Source of the DNA: a virus
Length of the DNA stretch: 64,000 bases
Strand: one strand, 5' to 3'
IMG/VR virus record: IMGVR_UViG_3300042876_000282
Coordinates: 23,238-87,237 of that record
Part shown: piece by piece, positions 28,540-37,675 of the stretch
Layout: each line of letters begins with the position of its first letter
Position numbering within the stretch: the stretch's first letter is position 1
The notes under the pieces: model-generated
What the model was told of the DNA's origin: nothing
What the model saw: only the letters and a program-made list of their open reading frames with translations
The model's database searches: none
Made by a program: the position numbers and the translations under genes

Positions 28540-29324
28540 CGATCTCACGCGCCGAAGCATGGGCGCTCGCGCCGGTGTCGCGGCGCGTGGTGCTCGGCAT
28601 CGATCCCGGTGAACGTGCGGGCGCGAGTCTCGTCGTCGTGAACGATGACGGCGGAGTCGATCTCGTGTGGTCGCACGAGGTCGACACGATGACGCGCGAG
28701 GTCGAGACCGTGCTCGCGCACGCGTTCGCGCTCGCGCGCGAAGCGGGGACCAAGGTCGTGATCGTGGCCGAGGAATGGGGCCGCGGCGGACCGCTCGGTC
28801 TCGAACAATGGATGGGGCTCGGGATGCACGTCGGCGCGTGGCGACGCGCGGCTTTCATCGCTCACGCCGAAGGTGCGTCGGACGCGTTCGCGAAGTCGTC
28901 GGGGTTCGTGCGCGTCGGCATGTCGTCGTGGCGTGCTGCGATGCTCCCCGGTGTCGCGGTCGAGGCGAAGCGCGCGAAGGGATCGAAGGCGAAGACCGAG
29001 GTCTGGAAGCGTGCGGCAACGCGGCGCGTGCTCGAACTCTGGCCGGGGCTCGACCCGCGGAGGTTCGGCGCGAACGCGGCAGAGTCGGCGCTGATCGCGC
29101 TCTTCGCGACGCGTGACGTCGACGCCGGCGAAGCCGCGGCGAAGGCTACGAAGGCGGCGGCGAAGGCTACGAAGGCGGCGGCGAAGGCGGAGCGCGCGAC
29201 GAAGTCGAAGACCTCGAAGTCGCGACGCAAGCGCGAGACGTTGCCGGTGCCGAAGCCTGAACCGCGGGTACGCCGGCGGATGCAGATCGAGCGACTCCCG
29301 CTCCCGCCGAAGCTCCCCGAGTAG
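28536..29324 (+). CDS. RuvC-like Holliday junction resolvase
   Basis: VLGIDPG, V.EE, 'SSWR', 'K..V', 'AAESALIA'. Confidence 0.7.
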   Translation: MTISRAEAWALAPVSRRVVLGIDPGERAGASLVVVNDDGGVDLVWSHEVDTMTREVETVLAHAFALAREAGTKVVIVAEEWGRGGPLGLEQWMGLGMHVGAWRRAAFIAHAEGASDAFAKSSGFVRVGMSSWRAAMLPGVAVEAKRAKGSKAKTEVWKRAATRRVLELWPGLDPRRFGANAAESALIALFATRDVDAGEAAAKATKAAAKATKAAAKAERATKSKTSKSRRKRETLPVPKPEPRVRRRMQIERLPLPPKLPE

Positions 29325-29339
29325 GGGATTCGACCCGCC

Positions 29340-29437
29340 CCGAAAAAAAAGTTTCGCCGAACGCTTGACGCGCTCGGGGCGTGGTCGTATATCTAGGCTC
29401 ACCAACGGGGCTCGCCCCGAGAAAGAGAAGCCCGAGA
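29340..29437 (+). promoter_or_regulatory. Repeated promoter-hairpin-RBS cassette
   Basis: CCGA8GTTTCG, TTGACG-N17-TATATCT, CGGGGCTCGCCCCG, AGAAAGAGAAG. Confidence 0.85.
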
Positions 29438-29626
29438 ATGACCCGCTCCTACATCCTCACCGTCGACGGCGACGAAGTCGGACCGACGACCCTCGACGAG
29501 TTCGTCGCTGCGAACCCCGATCTCGACGAGTCGATTGTCGCGGACCTCCGCATCATGCGGATCGGATCGCACTACACCGAGGGCGGCGGAGCCGCTCCCG
29601 TGTGGACCCTCACCCGTACCGCGTGA
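29438..29626 (+). CDS. Small early hypothetical protein
   Basis: Directly after cassette RBS. Confidence 0.7.
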   Translation: MTRSYILTVDGDEVGPTTLDEFVAANPDLDESIVADLRIMRIGSHYTEGGGAAPVWTLTRTA

Positions 29627-29635
29627 GAAGAGCCG

Positions 29636-30082
29636 ATGAGAATCACACCCCGAGGAACGTACTACCCCGCGCTGAACGAGACCGCGCTCGCGAACGTGAC
29701 CGCGATCGGTCGCGGTGTCGCGGGCTCGAAGATCCCGGTGTTCGCGCTTGCTTCGATGCTCGTCGCGCGATGCACGGATCCGCGACACCGCACGGCGATC
29801 GGATCGTTCGGCGACCTCGCGCTCGCGCTCGCGTACTTCGGAGCGCTGAACGCACCGAACGCGACCGCGCTCCGCTCGACGTTGTCGCGGCTCACGCCGG
29901 CAGCGCTCGACGCGCTCGACGACTTGCTCGCGCTGGCGCCGGGTTCGGCGTTCGTGTCGAACGTGCTCGACGCTGAACGGATGCAACGCGCGGGGATGCT
30001 CTCGGCGCCGTGGTTCTTCGAGGTCGTGGGGACTCGCGTTCGCATCGGTGCGATCGTGACGACGCCGACCGCCAACGCGTGA
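29636..30082 (+). CDS. Hypothetical protein
   Basis: ORF in operon order. Confidence 0.55.
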   Translation: MRITPRGTYYPALNETALANVTAIGRGVAGSKIPVFALASMLVARCTDPRHRTAIGSFGDLALALAYFGALNAPNATALRSTLSRLTPAALDALDDLLALAPGSAFVSNVLDAERMQRAGMLSAPWFFEVVGTRVRIGAIVTTPTANA

Positions 30083-30092
30083 GGGGGCGACG

Positions 30093-30281
30093 ATGGAAGC
30101 GATGATCATGCGGTACGAAGCGGTGCTCGAAGCGATGCAGGTCGACGCGCGGAAGTACGTCGGCGGCTTCGAGGTCGTTCGATTCGGTGAAGACGAGTTC
30201 GAGATCCGACGCGGGCTCGCGTCGTGGTCCGGTCTCACGCTGGGCAGCGCGGCCGCGCTCGTCGCGGGGGGTGTGTCGTGA
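30093..30281 (+). CDS. Hypothetical protein
   Basis: RBS GAGG; coupled to the RadC-like gene. Confidence 0.55.
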   Translation: MEAMIMRYEAVLEAMQVDARKYVGGFEVVRFGEDEFEIRRGLASWSGLTLGSAAALVAGGVS

Positions 30282-30760
30282 AGGATGGAACGTGGATGCT
30301 ACGCGAAGCCGTGATCACGTATCGGCGGACCGAGTTCTCGCTCGACGCACCGAGCGCGCTCGGTCGCATGGTGCGGTCGTCGATCGATATCTCGCGCATC
30401 GCGAGCGAATGGATCGGCTCCGGGATCGTGGAGTCGTTCGTGGTCTTCGGACTCGACGCGAAGCTCCGGATCGTGGCGGCGTGCATGGTCTCGCGCGGTG
30501 GCGAGACTTCGACCTCGATCTCCATGGCGGAGGTCGCGCGCTTCGCGGTGCTCTCCGCGTCGACGGGGCTCGTCTTCGCTCACAACCATCCGAGCGGGGA
30601 TGCTACACCTTCGCCCGATGATATCGAGTTCACGCGCAAGGCTCGCGAGACGTTGCGCGCGCTCGGGATTCAGCTTCTCGATCACGTCGTCGTGACAGAC
30701 GATCCGAACCGCGCGGTGTCGTTCATGGATAGGGGGTTGCTCGATGGCTCTACCAAGTAA
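30278..30760 (+). CDS. RadC-like JAB domain protein
   Basis: E.F.V..LD ... HNHPSGD.TPS.DD ... LGI.LLDHVVV. Confidence 0.9.
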   Translation: MKDGTWMLREAVITYRRTEFSLDAPSALGRMVRSSIDISRIASEWIGSGIVESFVVFGLDAKLRIVAACMVSRGGETSTSISMAEVARFAVLSASTGLVFAHNHPSGDATPSPDDIEFTRKARETLRALGIQLLDHVVVTDDPNRAVSFMDRGLLDGSTK

Positions 30761-31229
30761 GAAGAAGCTCAAGGCGAAGCCGAAGAAGACGAAGCCGAAG
30801 AAGCGGAAGCCGAGGAAGCGAGCGGCGAAGAGGCATCGTGCGCCGCTCGTCGAGTGCCTTGGACGACCGACGTTCTACGGCGCGCGGATGACGGCGAAGG
30901 TCTACGTCGACCTCACGCAAGAGCAGGCGACGGTGGTCGTCGCGTTCTGCCGTGCGAAGTGGTTCGTCGTCAACGCACTCGCTCGCGAGACCGCGCTTGC
31001 CGCGGCAGGCATCGAAGGCAATGGCGTTCTCTCGGCGCGGAAGAACGCGGCTCCGAAGATCGCAGATCCGGTCGGCACGATCTCGCGTCCGATCATGTTC
31101 TCCGAAGTGCAACGCAACGCGATCGCGGAGCACGCTGCGAGCGTGGGCATGACGACTTCCGGGTTCATCCGCTGGGCCTTGCTCGCGTACGTCGGGCGCG
31201 CAGATCTCACGGAGGCGGCGCCGACATGA
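30744..31229 (+). CDS. Tandem ribbon-helix-helix-like protein with basic N-tail
   Basis: KVYVDLTQEQ... and RPIMFSEVQRNAIAEHA..VGMTTSGFIRWA repeats. Confidence 0.55.
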   Translation: MALPSKKKLKAKPKKTKPKKRKPRKRAAKRHRAPLVECLGRPTFYGARMTAKVYVDLTQEQATVVVAFCRAKWFVVNALARETALAAAGIEGNGVLSARKNAAPKIADPVGTISRPIMFSEVQRNAIAEHAASVGMTTSGFIRWALLAYVGRADLTEAAPT

Positions 31230-31696
31230 ACGAGCGAGAGATTCGGATCTACGTGTGCGGTGCGAGCTACGAAGCCGAGCGTTCCGCGAGAGCGATCGCA
31301 GCGCTTCGCGAACGCGGCGCGATGGTGACGCACGACTGGACGACGTCCGCGATCGCGATGCGACCGCACGGCGGCGACTCCGGGCTCGACGCGGTCTTGC
31401 GCTGGCGAGCAACGCTCGAAGATCTGGCAGCGGTCGACGCCGCGCACGTCGTCCTATGGCTCGTGCCGGAACGCGGCTCGACGGGTGCAGGCTTCGAGGC
31501 CGGCTACGCGTTCGCGCGTGGGGTGACGGTGATCGCGGCCGGCCCGCATACCACGGCGACGATCTTCTCCGCGGTCGCGACGACGACCGCGCTCGACGAC
31601 GAGACCGGAGTCGAGATCGCGGTCCGTGCCGCACGACGCATCGCGAAGCGAACAAGCGATCCGCGCGCGAGCACGATTCGATTGGTCGAGGAATGA
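31226..31696 (+). CDS. Nucleoside 2-deoxyribosyltransferase / nucleotide N-hydrolase-like
   Basis: IYVCG, DL.AVD.A, STGAGFEAGYA. Confidence 0.75.
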   Translation: MNEREIRIYVCGASYEAERSARAIAALRERGAMVTHDWTTSAIAMRPHGGDSGLDAVLRWRATLEDLAAVDAAHVVLWLVPERGSTGAGFEAGYAFARGVTVIAAGPHTTATIFSAVATTTALDDETGVEIAVRAARRIAKRTSDPRASTIRLVEE

Positions 31697-31908
31697 AGAC
31701 ACGAACGAAGGTCGAGGCGTGTCCCGTATGCAGGATCAAGCCCGTCGCGGAATCGCTCCCGGTGTGCGCGTCATGCTGGCGCGGAGTTCCGCACGCGGAA
31801 TCGATCGCGTACTTCGCCGCGGTCGACCGCGCGATCTTCGCCGTCGATCCTGCGAAAGCGATTCGACAAGCGCGAGCGCGTGTCGCGTTCGTGCTCCGCG
31901 GCAGATGA
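31693..31908 (+). CDS. Small Zn-finger protein
   Basis: CPVC...C..CW..VP. Confidence 0.55.
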   Translation: MKTRTKVEACPVCRIKPVAESLPVCASCWRGVPHAESIAYFAAVDRAIFAVDPAKAIRQARARVAFVLRGR

Positions 31909-31922
31909 TAGGACGAGGCACG

Positions 31923-32450
31923 ATGCGAACACGAACGAAGAAAGCCGAACCCATGACGCACGAACCCACGAAGCCGGTCGAGCCCGAGACGAAGTCGAAG
32001 GCGGCGCGGGTCGATCCCGCTGCACCGTCGCCGGACAAGAACTTGGTCGTGTTCCTCGGCGAAGCGTTCGCGGTCGAGCGCACGGACTCGCTCAACTGGA
32101 CGGCGAAGCAACGTCGAGAGATCGATGCGTCGCACCACCTCGCACGCGGCGGCGGCTATCGGTGGGAGGTCGCCGGCTACTACTCGTCTCCGGGCGCGGC
32201 GTTCCGCAAGCTGGCGTCTCTCATGCTCGACACGCCGGCAGCGGTCGACGTGCGCGAGTTCGGCGATCGTGTCGACGCGCTCTTCGAGAAGTTCACGCCG
32301 GCGGTGCTACTCGCCGAACGGTCGAAGGCTCTCGCCGATGCGGCGGAAGAGTTCGACGGCGACACGCGCGCGAAGCTCGAAGCGTCGGCGCGTGCGCTCG
32401 CGGTGCGTGCCGGTCTGATCGTGGAAGAGGTGAGCCGTGATCCTGAGTGA
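31923..32450 (+). CDS. Hypothetical protein
   Basis: RBS GAGG; 'D.LNW...W...GYY' motif. Confidence 0.55.
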   Translation: MRTRTKKAEPMTHEPTKPVEPETKSKAARVDPAAPSPDKNLVVFLGEAFAVERTDSLNWTAKQRREIDASHHLARGGGYRWEVAGYYSSPGAAFRKLASLMLDTPAAVDVREFGDRVDALFEKFTPAVLLAERSKALADAAEEFDGDTRAKLEASARALAVRAGLIVEEVSRDPE

Positions 32451-33429
32451 CATCGACATCAACGCGCGCATCGCGGCCGGCGACATCGCGATCGAACCGT
32501 TCGACGCTGCGACGCAGCTTCAACCCGCGTCGGTCGACCTCCGGCTCGGTCCCGAAGTCATCAACTGGCATCGCCCACACGACGAAGACGACGACGCGAT
32601 CGACGTCGCGAAGCCGACGCCGGAGCGCATGACGTCGAAGTACACGGCGAAGCCCGACGGGATCACCGGCGGTGCGATCCTTCTCCGCTCGGGCGAGTTC
32701 ATGCTCGGGACCACGATCGAACGTGTGCGGATTCCGCCGACGCTCGCCGCGCGTGTCGAGGGTCGCTCGTCGATCGGTCGACTCGGGATCGCGGTGCACG
32801 TCACGGCGGGGTTCATCGACCCCGGCTTCGAGGGGCAGATCACGCTGGAGATCGTGAACTTCAACCCGCGTGCGATCTGGATTCGTCCGGGGATGCGGAT
32901 CGCGCAACTCGTCTTCCACGAACTCCGCACGCCGGCGACACCCTACCGCGGGAAGTACCAGGGGCAGACGGGCACGACTGCGAGCCGAGCACATGTCGAC
33001 TTCGCTCCGCGAACGCACGACGCTCCACACGCGTACGGCGTGCCGCTCTCCGCGCTCCCCGACAGGATGCTCGAACACGCTCGCGGAGAGTTCGCTCGAC
33101 GTGCTCGCGTGGACCTTCCCACGCCGAATCCGTTCGTCGAGTTCGGCTACGCGCTCGACGAACCTACGACGCTCGACGAAGCCGAAGCGGTGCGCGAAGC
33201 GGAGGCAGCGTTTCGCAAGCTCGAAGAACGCGTCGACGGGCGGCTGATCGAGCAACGCATTCGCGACGCGTTGGGAGGGTACATCGGCACGTTGCTCACG
33301 CACGCGGCGCGTATGGAGATCCAGATCAAGGCGACGCGTGTGTTCCACGAAATCGCGAAGAGCGCAGGCGTCACGCTCACGCCGCGCGAGATGGCGCTGC
33401 TCGCGCAGTACGCGGTCGCGTTGCGATGA
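32437..33429 (+). CDS. dcd: dCTP deaminase with C-terminal extension
   Basis: MILSD, QPASVDLRL, EGRSSIGRLG, AGFIDPGFEGQITLE, GKYQGQ. Confidence 0.92.
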   Translation: MILSDIDINARIAAGDIAIEPFDAATQLQPASVDLRLGPEVINWHRPHDEDDDAIDVAKPTPERMTSKYTAKPDGITGGAILLRSGEFMLGTTIERVRIPPTLAARVEGRSSIGRLGIAVHVTAGFIDPGFEGQITLEIVNFNPRAIWIRPGMRIAQLVFHELRTPATPYRGKYQGQTGTTASRAHVDFAPRTHDAPHAYGVPLSALPDRMLEHARGEFARRARVDLPTPNPFVEFGYALDEPTTLDEAEAVREAEAAFRKLEERVDGRLIEQRIRDALGGYIGTLLTHAARMEIQIKATRVFHEIAKSAGVTLTPREMALLAQYAVALR

Positions 33430-33854
33430 CGAAGGCTCGCACGCGCCGGCGTTCGTGGTGGACCGCGGGCTCGCCGTACCTCGACGGCGACGAGTTCGCG
33501 GTCGTCGATCTCACGACGTCGTTCGACCTCGAACGCGACCCGTGTCTCGTCGGCGTCGACCCCGTCGCGCTTCTCGGGATCGAGCACGCGCACCCTCGCG
33601 ACTACGAACACGCGATCGCGGAGGTGCTCGTGCGTGGACCGCGCACGTTCGCAGGGCTGGCGGCGGAGGTCGCGCGCGTGCGCGGCTCCGATGCGTGCTC
33701 GACGGCGTTCGAGTTCGCGCTGTGGGCGATGGTCGAAGCCGGCTCGGTGAAGGTCTCGCCGGAGCCGCCGGCGAAGTTCGCGGCGTGGTACTCGGTCGTG
33801 CGACCGAACTTCGCTCGCGCCTACGATCGAACGCTTGAACGGAGGTACGTGTGA
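33426..33854 (+). CDS. Hypothetical protein
   Basis: Coupled ORF. Confidence 0.5.
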   Translation: MTKARTRRRSWWTAGSPYLDGDEFAVVDLTTSFDLERDPCLVGVDPVALLGIEHAHPRDYEHAIAEVLVRGPRTFAGLAAEVARVRGSDACSTAFEFALWAMVEAGSVKVSPEPPAKFAAWYSVVRPNFARAYDRTLERRYV

Positions 33855-34324
33855 AGCGAAGTGCGTTCCTATCGAACGACGGGGTCTACCGCTACGAACT
33901 CACGCGGACGTGGGGCGAGGGCGATCGGCTTCTCTGGGTCATGCTGAACCCGAGCACGGCGGACGCCGACCTCGACGACCCCACGATCCGACGCGTGATC
34001 GGGTTCTCGCGAGCGTGGGGGTTCAGCGGTGCGATCGTCGCGAACCTCTTCGCGTTGCGCTCCACCGATCCGAAGGTGCTTCGCACGCATCCCGATCCGG
34101 TGGGGCCGGCGAACAACGGGATGCTCGCGCAGCTAGCGCTACGCGCGCCGTTCGCGGTGTGCGCGTGGGGTGCTCACGGATGGCTTCACAATCGCGATCG
34201 CGAAGTGCTCGCGTTGCTCGAATCCGCGCGGTGTCTTCCGCGGTGTCTCGGTCGAACGTCGTCGGGTGCGCCGAAGCATCCGCTCTACCTCGCGGCTTCG
34301 ACGCCGCTTGAACCCATGCGGTGA
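33851..34324 (+). CDS. DUF1643 family protein
   Basis: YRY.L.R.W, MLNPSTAD...DDPTIRR, NLFA.R.TDP, AWG, G.PKHPLY. Confidence 0.9.
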   Translation: MKRSAFLSNDGVYRYELTRTWGEGDRLLWVMLNPSTADADLDDPTIRRVIGFSRAWGFSGAIVANLFALRSTDPKVLRTHPDPVGPANNGMLAQLALRAPFAVCAWGAHGWLHNRDREVLALLESARCLPRCLGRTSSGAPKHPLYLAASTPLEPMR

Positions 34325-34328
34325 AGCG

Positions 34329-35066
34329 ATGAAGCCTGGATCGATCGTCATGGTCTCGCGCGGTGGCAGCGCAACCTTGGGCAAGGGTCGCGCGCGCAAG
34401 GTGCGCGGCGTGCTCGTCGAGTCGCACGAGACCGAGCACTCGGTCCGATTGCTCGAAGACGATCCGGACTCGACCGTCGCGGGATGGTCGAAGGCCGGTG
34501 ACGTCGGTCGGTGGTCGACGTGCGCGATCGAGGCGGTGCAGTTCCGCACGACGATGATCGATCCGCCATGGCTCGAACGTGGCAGCGGGCAGATCAAGCG
34601 CGGAGCCGACAAGCACTACCCCTTGCTCACGACGCCGAAGATCATCGACACGATCCGCGAGTGTCCGATCTTCAACCCCGCTCCCGATTCGCACCTCTAC
34701 CTCTGGACCACGAACACGTTCCTCGTCGACGCGCTGCGAGTCGTCGACGCGCTCGGGTTCCGCTACGTGACGAACGTCGTATGGACGAAGCGCCACATCG
34801 GGATCGGGCGCTACTTCCGAGGGCAGCACGAGATCTTGCTCTTCGCCGTGCGCGGTCGCGGCATGGCCGAGGACTTGATCACGGAGTCGAAGAACATCCC
34901 GAGCGTGATCAATGCCGACCACGTTCGACGCGATGGCAAGCGCGTTCACTCCGCGAAACCGCCGGAGAGCTACGCGCTGATCGAGTCGCGCTCGCGCGGA
35001 CCGTACGCTGAGATCTTCGCGCGCTCGCACCGTGCGGGCTGGGAGTCATGGGGGAACGAAGTATGA
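34329..35066 (+). CDS. MT-A70 family adenine methyltransferase
   Basis: IDPPW, HY, LYLWTTN, WTK..IG.G.YFR..HE, HS.KP, EIFAR..R.GW..WGNE. Confidence 0.92.
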   Translation: MKPGSIVMVSRGGSATLGKGRARKVRGVLVESHETEHSVRLLEDDPDSTVAGWSKAGDVGRWSTCAIEAVQFRTTMIDPPWLERGSGQIKRGADKHYPLLTTPKIIDTIRECPIFNPAPDSHLYLWTTNTFLVDALRVVDALGFRYVTNVVWTKRHIGIGRYFRGQHEILLFAVRGRGMAEDLITESKNIPSVINADHVRRDGKRVHSAKPPESYALIESRSRGPYAEIFARSHRAGWESWGNEV

Positions 35067-36040
35067 TGGTGCTCGTTTGCAAGCCGCTGGGAACCAAGCT
35101 CACGCGCTCCGCGTGCGGTACTCGACACGAAGCCGCCGCGCGTGCCGGAGAGCGAAGGCAACTCGGGAACACGAAGGTCGCGTGCTCGACGTGCGCGACA
35201 TGTCCAGTCGGGCGCGCGCATCATGCCGGCGACCGGCCGGAACACTGGCCCGATGGATCGCCGATCGAGGTCGTAGAGATCGAAGCCGCGTCGACCGAGC
35301 GGATCGGACCTCCGCGCCCGACTCCGGCGAAGCCGCGGTCTCGCTTCGAGCGTGCGTCGTTCGACTCGCCGACGAAGACGCCGCCGGTTCCGCCGGCAGA
35401 GATCGCGGCGCGTGCTCGCGCGGTGCTGGCGGAGCGCGCGAAGATCAAGCCGGTGACGCGTACGAAGATCGAGCCGGTGCCCGATGCGGTGCAGGCTGAA
35501 CCCGAGCGTGTCTCCGACGAAGACACGCAGGTCGAGCAACCCTCGACGAGACCCGCGCGGCGGATCGTGCGCGTGGTCGACGCCGGAGAGATCAAGGTCG
35601 AGCCAGCGCGCGGTCGACTCGTCGAGATCGAGGGTGTCTCGCGCACGATCCCGGAATGGGCGAAGGTCGCGGGGATCCACCCGAACGCGGTCTACGAACG
35701 GATCCGCCGAAACTGGCCGCTCACGCTCGCGTGCACGGCTCCGCGTGGTGCTACCTACGAACACGCGATCGCGGTCGCGAAGCCGAAGCGAGAGCGGCTC
35801 GGAAGCTCGCCGATCGAGAAGCTCCCCGAGGTCGACGCCGATGCGCCGGCGACCGAGTCGGCGCACGAACCCGAGCCCGAGATCGAGAAGAGCGAACGAG
35901 GTGCAGTCGTCGACGCGCTCTCGAAGCTCTTCGGCGCGGTGCTCTCGCCGCGTGCGGTTCTCGAAGCCGCGGGCTTCGAGGTCGTGTCGTCGGGGCTCGT
36001 GCATACGGGGACGATGCTGATCGTTCGGAGGCGGTCGTGA
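35063..36040 (+). CDS. Zn-binding + HTH protein, paralogue A
   Basis: C...L.RSAC..R ... CSTC.TC.VG.AH ... WPDGSP; G..RTI.EWA...GI......RI.R.W. Confidence 0.6.
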   Translation: MMVLVCKPLGTKLTRSACGTRHEAAARAGERRQLGNTKVACSTCATCPVGRAHHAGDRPEHWPDGSPIEVVEIEAASTERIGPPRPTPAKPRSRFERASFDSPTKTPPVPPAEIAARARAVLAERAKIKPVTRTKIEPVPDAVQAEPERVSDEDTQVEQPSTRPARRIVRVVDAGEIKVEPARGRLVEIEGVSRTIPEWAKVAGIHPNAVYERIRRNWPLTLACTAPRGATYEHAIAVAKPKRERLGSSPIEKLPEVDADAPATESAHEPEPEIEKSERGAVVDALSKLFGAVLSPRAVLEAAGFEVVSSGLVHTGTMLIVRRRS

Positions 36041-36972
36041 CGACCGCGGGGATCGTCGCGTTCGTGTGCGTGCCGATGGACGGCGCGCGCTTGCTTCGCT
36101 CCGCGTGCGCGGCACGCTCTCGTGCCGCGACGCGTGAAGCCCGCGCCGGCGAACCCGCGCTTCGCTTCCCGGTGTGCCGGGGGTGCGTGGTCGGCAAGGC
36201 TCACGACAAGGGCACGATCCCGAAGCGCTGGCCGGACGGCTCTCCGATCGTCGAGATCCGGCTCACGACCCACGGCTCGCCGCCGACCAACCCCGCACCG
36301 GCGAAGCGACCGAAGACGAAGCCGGCGCGCGGGTCGACGACCCCGACGCCGCCGGCTGCACCGATCCCGACGCCGCCGGTGGTCGAGACCTCGAAGCCCG
36401 CGCCGGTGCCGGCCGAACCCGTGCGCGTGACGATCCGCGGGCAGCTATCGCTCGGGCTCCCCGGACTCACGAGGAAGCCCGAGAAGGGCGCCGAAGCTCG
36501 GGCAGGGGGGAACACCGCGGCAACGGCGGAGCGCGTCGTCTCGGGCCTGCTAGGCGGCGGGATGGCGCACGCGTTCGAGGGAGCGCTGGATAGCGATCCG
36601 GAAGTGAGCGAACCTTCCCGTATGTCACGGCGCGCGGGCAAGGCTCCACGGTGGATCGTCGCGAATGGGATCCGCGACTCGGTCGCGGGCTGGGCTCGAA
36701 GACTCGGGGTCGCGCATACGGTGATCGCGGAGCGGCTCCGCCGCGGCTGGCCGGAAGCGCTGGCGGTGACGATGCCGAAGGGCGCGACGATGGGAGCGAA
36801 GCCCGCGAGGGTTGCTCGCGAGTCGGTGCCGTTGTCGGCGTACGAACTCGCGCGCGCGCTCGACGCGCTCCGCCGCGAAGGCTTCGAGGTCGAGCGGATC
36901 GGACTCTCGCCCCGAGGTGACGTGCTCGTAATCCGAACGGAGGAACGCCATGCTGGATCGATCGCAAGCTGA
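36037..36972 (+). CDS. Zn-binding + HTH protein, paralogue B
   Basis: Same motifs: C...LLRSAC..R, CRGC.VG.AH, WPDGSP; G....V..WA..LG......RL.RGW. Confidence 0.6.
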   Translation: MTTAGIVAFVCVPMDGARLLRSACAARSRAATREARAGEPALRFPVCRGCVVGKAHDKGTIPKRWPDGSPIVEIRLTTHGSPPTNPAPAKRPKTKPARGSTTPTPPAAPIPTPPVVETSKPAPVPAEPVRVTIRGQLSLGLPGLTRKPEKGAEARAGGNTAATAERVVSGLLGGGMAHAFEGALDSDPEVSEPSRMSRRAGKAPRWIVANGIRDSVAGWARRLGVAHTVIAERLRRGWPEALAVTMPKGATMGAKPARVARESVPLSAYELARALDALRREGFEVERIGLSPRGDVLVIRTEERHAGSIAS

Positions 36973-37177
36973 AGCCGCGGCAAGGCTTGCCGCGGACGCC
37001 GAAGAACTCGCACACGAGATCGAGACGAAGAGCGGTGACGACATCGCGCGCGTTCGTGAGATCCTCCCCGAACTCGACGAAGCCGCGATCGCGATCGGGA
37101 TCTTGATCGACCACTTCGCGATCGTGCGAGAGAAGCTCGACGCCGTTCGTCGACGACTCCGCGAAGCATCGAAGTAG
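36950..37177 (+). CDS. Hypothetical helical protein
   Basis: GGAGG RBS. Confidence 0.6.
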   Translation: MLDRSQAEAAARLAADAEELAHEIETKSGDDIARVREILPELDEAAIAIGILIDHFAIVREKLDAVRRRLREASK

Positions 37178-37209
37178 ACGAACCTCCGCCGCGCTGGCAC
37201 GCTCGCGCG

Positions 37210-37380
37210 ATGCGTACGTTCGTGAACTCCAATCGGTTGCTCGTGACGTGGACCCCGCGCTCCGAATGGGCGCGCGCGTGTGGACGCTGGGCCGACCTCG
37301 AACTCGGAACCGGCAAGCGCTACGCGTACGCGCGCGCGCTGGGATTCGAGTTCGTATGGTTCCGCGAACCACGCAGGTAA
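37210..37380 (+). CDS. Small hypothetical protein (56 aa, not in ORF track)
   Basis: MRTFVNSNRLLVTW...FREPRR fills the gap; CACGCT-N6-ATG. Confidence 0.4.
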   Translation: MRTFVNSNRLLVTWTPRSEWARACGRWADLELGTGKRYAYARALGFEFVWFREPRR

Positions 37381-37383
37381 CGC

Positions 37384-37432
37384 TTGCTCGCGCGACCCCT
37401 CGCGTATATCTTACGCGTAGCAAGGGGAACGC
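37384..37432 (+). promoter_or_regulatory. Promoter with GTATATCT box (no hairpin)
   Basis: TTGCTC ... CGTATATCTTA, upstream of the two-gene unit ending in the tandem RHH gene. Confidence 0.6.
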
Positions 37433-37675
37433 ATGACGAACGACGAGACCGAGACGATTCGCTCCGCGGTGCGGAGCGCTCGCGCGGCAGCGCGACGCGA
37501 AGACGCGAAGCTCACGATCGCGATCGGCGTCGACGCCGCCGGCGCGCCGGTGCTCGACCTCGACGTCGGTCGATTGCGACTCCCCGCGCGTTGCATCGGT
37601 TCCGCGCTCCGCACGATCGCGGACGCGTACGAAGACGAAGCCGCGATCGTGCGGCATGAACGGAGACCACGATGA
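37433..37675 (+). CDS. Hypothetical protein
   Basis: After promoter; coupled to the RHH gene. Confidence 0.6.
   Translation: MTNDETETIRSAVRSARAAARREDAKLTIAIGVDAAGAPVLDLDVGRLRLPARCIGSALRTIADAYEDEAAIVRHERRPR

Noticed and set aside
29325-29342. Third T-loop-like element (GGGGATTCGACCCGCCCC)
   Set aside because: No proper 5-bp T-stem or acceptor partner.
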